Source of the DNA: an uncultured delta proteobacterium
GTDB taxonomy: Bacteria; Desulfobacterota; Desulfobacteria; Desulfobacterales; B30-G6
NCBI GenBank assembly: GCA_963823335.1
Contig: CAWGLD010000001.1
Span: 1,248,001-1,312,000 of the forward strand
Length of the DNA stretch: 64,000 bases
Reading direction: 5' to 3'
Shown here: positions 59,653-64,000 of the stretch, piece after piece
Numbering within the stretch: the first letter of the stretch is position 1
Layout: the number at the start of each line of letters is the position of its first letter
Notes under the pieces: model-generated
What the model was told of the DNA's origin: nothing
The model's database searches: none
Seen by the model: the letters and a program-made list of their open reading frames with translations, nothing else
Made by a program: the position numbers and the translations under genes

Positions 59653-60282
59653 ATGGGTATACAGGAGAGAAAAGAAAGAGAAAAAGAAAGAAGACGCCAG
59701 CAGATCATTGTTGCTGCAAAGCGTATATTCTCAAAAAAGGGCTTGAGCAGGACAACCATGGAAGACATTGCCAAGGAATCCGAGCTGAGTCCTGGGACGC
59801 TTTATCTGTATTTCAAAAACAAGGAAGAGCTTTATGCCTCTCTTTCCTTGAGGATTCTGCAATTTCTGAGTATTCGTGTTTCGCAGGTGATTAAGGAGCA
59901 TGGCGAGGGCCCGTCTGAAAAGCTGGACCGACTCATCGAGGCTATGTACGAAGTCTACGAGTTCGATCCGATGGTTATTATCAACATGTTCCATCTTCAA
60001 TCCAGCGAAACGCTGAAAAACCTTTCACCGGAACTGTTGGCGGAGATCAAGATGTTGTCCAAAAAGGCGCTGGGCCACATTGCCGGTATCTTTAAAGAGG
60101 GCATCGAGCAGGGTGTCTTTATCGATCGCCATCCAACCGCGCTTGCCGATATTTTCTGGTCCCTGTTTTCAGGCGTGATTTTGTGGGAAGCCAGTAAAAA
60201 TGTCATCAACAAGGACAAGGATTACTTGAGGTCGACACTTGCGGTTGCTTTCGATTTGTTTTGTCGGGGCCTGAAAACATAA
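59653..60282 (+). CDS. TetR family regulator
   Basis: TTMEDIAKESELSPGTLYLYFKNK. Confidence 0.93.
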   Translation: MGIQERKEREKERRRQQIIVAAKRIFSKKGLSRTTMEDIAKESELSPGTLYLYFKNKEELYASLSLRILQFLSIRVSQVIKEHGEGPSEKLDRLIEAMYEVYEFDPMVIINMFHLQSSETLKNLSPELLAEIKMLSKKALGHIAGIFKEGIEQGVFIDRHPTALADIFWSLFSGVILWEASKNVINKDKDYLRSTLAVAFDLFCRGLKT

Positions 60283-60393
60283 TGGAAGTCCTATATTTGT
60301 TTATGCTTGACTCAAAAATATCTATTGCCCTATAGTGCTGCACAACGCTTTACCTTATCGTTTGTAGAACCATAAATCAGGCTTGTTGCTATT

Positions 60394-60924
60394 GTGAACT
60401 TTCTGTCAAATATCGCCAGAGGCATCGATACCCTCAATGAGTGGATCGGCCGGGGTGTTTCCTGGGTCACTCTGGGTCTTGTCCTGACAGTCTTTGTCGA
60501 TGTGGTCATGCGCTATCTTCTCAACACCAGCTATGTTTTTACCCAGGAAATGGAGTGGCACCTCTTTGCCTTCATTTTTCTAATAGGTGCGGGCTACACA
60601 CTCCTGCACGATGGCCACGTTCGGGTGGACATCATCTACCAGCGCCTGGGATACAAGGGTAAGGCCTGGCTGAACCTGCTCGGCGTCATTGTGTTTCTCA
60701 TACCCGGTTGTCTGATGGTTATTTCAACCTCTTTCAAATTTGCTTACAATTCCTTTTCAATGTTGGAGGGGTCGCCGGATCCCGGGGGAATTCCCTTCAG
60801 ATTCATCCTCAAGGGATGCATTTCAACAGGATTTTTTCTGCTTTTGCTGCAGGGTCTTTCGCTGGGGATCCATAGTTTGCTGCAGTTGCTGGGATTCGAA
60901 AAACCAGAGGAGGTCAACGACTGA
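60394..60924 (+). CDS. TRAP transporter small permease (DctQ)
   Basis: QEMEWHL, HVRVDI, four TM segments. Confidence 0.92.
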   Translation: MNFLSNIARGIDTLNEWIGRGVSWVTLGLVLTVFVDVVMRYLLNTSYVFTQEMEWHLFAFIFLIGAGYTLLHDGHVRVDIIYQRLGYKGKAWLNLLGVIVFLIPGCLMVISTSFKFAYNSFSMLEGSPDPGGIPFRFILKGCISTGFFLLLLQGLSLGIHSLLQLLGFEKPEEVND

Positions 60925-62249
60925 TGGAGTATCTGGCAGCCTGGATGTTTCTGGCACTGACGATCCTGCTGTTGGCTGGATTCCCGGTGACCTTCACCCT
61001 GCTGGGTACGGCGCTGACCTTTGGCATGATCGGTTTTGGTTGGGATTTTTTCAATCTGCTGCCTTTACGTATCTGGGGGCGCATGCAAAACGTGACCCTG
61101 GCGGCGGTACCGCTTTTCGTTTTTATGGGGGTCATGCTGGAGCGCTCCGGACTGGCCGAAGAACTGCTGGACACCATGGGGCTTCTTTTCGGCAGGATCA
61201 GAGGGGGGCTGGCCATTTCGGTCGTGGTTGTGGGTGCCCTTTTAGGGGCATCCACCGGAATTGTGGGCGCCACGGTGGTGACCATGGGCTTGCTGGCCGT
61301 ACCGACCATGCTCAAAAGGGGGTATCAGAAAGAGCTGGCCACAGGGACGGTGGCCGCCTCGGGAACACTGGGCCAGATAATTCCCCCCAGTATCGTGCTG
61401 GTTCTCATCGGGGACATCGTCGGGGTTTCCGTGGGCGATCTGTTTATGGGGGCCGTGCTTCCGGGAATGCTGTTGGTGGGGCTGTTCGCCGCTTATATCC
61501 TGATTGCCGCTTTTTTTCGTCCGGGTATCGCGCCTGCCATTTCCAAGCAAGAACTGGCCCAAATTTCACCCAGGCAGCTGGCTGTGAGAGTGGGTAAGGC
61601 CTTGATTCCGCCCATGTTTCTCATTGTGGCGGTCTTGGGATCCATTTTTGCGGGTATTGCCTCGCCAACCGAAGCCGCTGCTGTCGGTGCGGTGGGGTCC
61701 ACCCTTCTGACGGTACTGAACAAAAAATTTTCCATTGAAATACTCAGGGAAGTCATGCAGGCCACCACCAAACTCACCTGCATGGTATTCATCATTCTCT
61801 GTGGTGCCGCCGCTTTTGGACTGGTCTTTCGCGGTCTTGGGGGCGATCAGATCGTCAGGGATTTCCTGGGCGGTATAGCCCATACATACAGTAGAGGGGC
61901 GGTTCTGGCCATCGTGATGGCATTGATTTTTTTCATCGGTTTTTTTCTCGATTTTATAGAAATAACCTTTATTCATGTGCCGGTGCTGGCACCCATCATG
62001 ATTGAGTTCGGCTATGATCCGATCTGGTTTTGTATCCTGCTGGCAGTGAACCTGCAGACCTCGTTTTTAACACCACCCTTCGGTTTTTCGCTGTTCTATT
62101 TGAAGGCGGTCACCCCGCCGGAAATTAAGACCGGTCACATTTACCGGGGTATCATACCGTTTGTCCTTGTTCAGATAATCGGGCTGGCGATTGTGGTGCT
62201 TTTCCCAAAACTCGCCACCTGGTTGCCCAAGGTTGTCTACGGCCCTTGA
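60924..62249 (+). CDS. TRAP transporter large permease (DctM)
   Basis: GTLGQIIPPS, TEAA, LTPPFG. Confidence 0.94.
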   Translation: MEYLAAWMFLALTILLLAGFPVTFTLLGTALTFGMIGFGWDFFNLLPLRIWGRMQNVTLAAVPLFVFMGVMLERSGLAEELLDTMGLLFGRIRGGLAISVVVVGALLGASTGIVGATVVTMGLLAVPTMLKRGYQKELATGTVAASGTLGQIIPPSIVLVLIGDIVGVSVGDLFMGAVLPGMLLVGLFAAYILIAAFFRPGIAPAISKQELAQISPRQLAVRVGKALIPPMFLIVAVLGSIFAGIASPTEAAAVGAVGSTLLTVLNKKFSIEILREVMQATTKLTCMVFIILCGAAAFGLVFRGLGGDQIVRDFLGGIAHTYSRGAVLAIVMALIFFIGFFLDFIEITFIHVPVLAPIMIEFGYDPIWFCILLAVNLQTSFLTPPFGFSLFYLKAVTPPEIKTGHIYRGIIPFVLVQIIGLAIVVLFPKLATWLPKVVYGP

Positions 62250-62418
62250 TGCAAGGCCGGATTTTTGTTGCATGACGTAACACATTGTATTATCGTCGAA
62301 GCAATTGATCTCTCTCTGAAAGCTGTTCTTTTAGGTTTGGCTGATGCAGTTCTCTTATCGGGAGAACTGGAATAATCATATGAGAGCTGGTTTAACCATA
62401 AAGACAAGGAGGCTGTTG

Positions 62419-63519
62419 ATGAAAAGGCGAGAATTTCTAAAGAAAGCTGGAGTAGGTGCTGCTGCCATTGCAGCGACAACAGTGAATGCACCTGCGGTGT
62501 TGGCACAGAAGACCTACCGATGGAAAATGGTTACGACATGGCCTCCCAAGCTGCCTGTTCTCCAGGAAGGCTGTGAGCGCCTGGCCAAGAGAATTGCAGA
62601 GGTGTCTGACGGCAGACTCCAGATTCAGGTCTTTGCTGGTGGTGAACTGGTTCCGCCATTGGAAAGTTTTCAGGCGGTATCCGACGGAACGGTCGAAGTG
62701 GGTAGTGGTGCGTCTTATTACTGGGCCGGCAAGGAACCGGCAACCCAGTGGTTTGCAGCGGTGCCTTTTGGTATGAATGCCCAGGGTATGTCGGCCTGGT
62801 TCCACGGGGGTGACGGACTCAAACTGTGGGAAGAAGTTTACGCACCCTATAACCTGATTCCCAGACCGGGCGGGTCCACCGGTGTTCAGATGGGCGGCTG
62901 GTTTAACAAAAAAATCAATACCATCGACGACTACAAGGGCCTCAAGATGAGAATACCTGGTCTGGGTGGGAAGGTGGTCGCCAAAGCCGGCGGCACGGTG
63001 GTGTTGCTGCCCGGTGGTGAGATATTTACCTCCCTGGAACGCGGCGTCATCGACGCCACGGAGTGGGTTGGGCCGCTGCATGACCTTCGCATGGGATTCT
63101 GGCAGGCCGCCAAATACTACTATTATCCCGGCTGGCATGAGCCCGGAACCTATCTGGAATATTTTTTCAACAAAAAAGCTTATGAATCGCTACCCAAGGA
63201 CCTTCAGCACATCGTGGATTCCGTGTGTATGGAAAATGAGCACTGGGTCCTGGCCCAGTTCGATGCTCTGAACGGCGCCGCGCTGCAGACACTGATAAAC
63301 GAGAAAAAAGTTCAGATGGTCCAGTTCCCGGACAACGTGATGGCGTCTCTAAAAAAATTGGCGGAAGAGGTTCGTGAAGAGGAAGCCGCCAAGACACCGG
63401 CGGCCACGAAGGTGAACGAATCTTTTAAGAAATTCCAAAAGACTGTGGGCACATGGGCTTCGGTATCGGAAATGTCGTATTACAATACCATTCAGCCCAA
63501 TTTTCCGCTTAAAGGGTAG
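62419..63519 (+). CDS. TRAP substrate-binding protein (TakP-like, Tat signal)
   Basis: MKRREFLK Tat motif; QMGGWF, KMRIPG, DATEW; AAGGAGG RBS. Confidence 0.93.
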   Translation: MKRREFLKKAGVGAAAIAATTVNAPAVLAQKTYRWKMVTTWPPKLPVLQEGCERLAKRIAEVSDGRLQIQVFAGGELVPPLESFQAVSDGTVEVGSGASYYWAGKEPATQWFAAVPFGMNAQGMSAWFHGGDGLKLWEEVYAPYNLIPRPGGSTGVQMGGWFNKKINTIDDYKGLKMRIPGLGGKVVAKAGGTVVLLPGGEIFTSLERGVIDATEWVGPLHDLRMGFWQAAKYYYYPGWHEPGTYLEYFFNKKAYESLPKDLQHIVDSVCMENEHWVLAQFDALNGAALQTLINEKKVQMVQFPDNVMASLKKLAEEVREEEAAKTPAATKVNESFKKFQKTVGTWASVSEMSYYNTIQPNFPLKG

Positions 63520-63571
63520 CCCCCTTTAAATTTAACAGCAGTTATGTTTGCCTGAGATAAACAAAGAGAAC

Positions 63572-63612
63572 AAAAAACCGGCCGGCCTGATGAAGGCGGG
63601 CCGGTTTTTTTT
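63572..63612. terminator. Bidirectional terminator
   Basis: AAAAAACCGGCC...GGCCGGTTTTTTT. Confidence 0.85.
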
Positions 63613-63646
63613 GTGTGTTTGTCAAAACAGCGGCGATGTTAAGCGG

Positions 63647-64000
63647 TCATTCTTTTGGGTGGCATTCGGTACAGCCTGTGGGACCGCTGCTCTGGATCGA
63701 TGCCTTGGCAGAACGGTATGAATTTTCAATCGCTTTGTTCTGTTGTTTGATTGTTTTATGGCACCCGATACAGGCGCTGTGATAGGCGGTCTTGTAATAT
63801 CGGACGGATAGCTCTGGATCGGAGTTGCTTCCCTCTGCTTTTTTGGGGATCGCAGTGACATCATGGCAGCCTGCGGTCCTGCAGGAAAGTACGGGTGCTT
63901 GTCTTTCCCATGTGTGATGGCACGTATTACAGGTGTAGCTGAAATGGGTTGCATGGGGAAACGTGACAGCAGTCCTCTTCGACACAATCTCATCGGGTGG
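63647..64000 (-). CDS. Tetraheme cytochrome c3 (5' end outside window)
   Basis: FPHATH, CNTCHH, CRTAGCH, CIGCH, CTECH; frame open to the window edge. Confidence 0.92.
   Translation of the reverse strand, partial: PPDEIVSKRTAVTFPHATHFSYTCNTCHHTWERQAPVLSCRTAGCHDVTAIPKKAEGSNSDPELSVRYYKTAYHSACIGCHKTIKQQNKAIENSYRSAKASIQSSGPTGCTECHPKE

Overview
Core-chromosome segment of a probable sulfate-reducing deltaproteobacterium (Desulfobacterales-like, inferred from the tetraheme cytochrome c3, NfnAB, Fhs and lnt-prfB). In order it holds: a DacZ-type diadenylate cyclase; TatD; nfnAB; a TPP-riboswitch thiBPQ-thiN operon; a four-gene ECF sigma module with two CBM48-like domains; lnt and frameshifted prfB; a PilZ/Cys-repeat/receiver cluster; a divergent SHMT with a polar amino-acid ABC transporter; a TetR-controlled branched/short-chain acyl-CoA cluster (two ACADs, Hbd, thiolase, IcmF, crotonase, atypical HMGL-family enzyme, two DUF2889-like proteins, DUF169-CoaE fusion); a decayed accessory patch (Hsp20 and Toprim fragments, glgP, integron-cassette remnant); pspF/pspABC plus an ATPase; fhs followed by a translationally coupled B12 radical SAM, UGA-interrupted DUF166 selenoprotein and HpcH aldolase; an ABC exporter pair; RNB; a TRAP transporter; and a partial cytochrome c3. 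The best candidates for undescribed systems are the selenoprotein/B12-rSAM/aldolase operon, the CBM-containing ECF module (its promoter motif is visible twice) and the DUF2889/PHP/DUF169-CoaE extension of the IcmF cluster. Three families of small intergenic repeats are also present. All calls come from reading the sequence and recalling motifs; no database searches were run.
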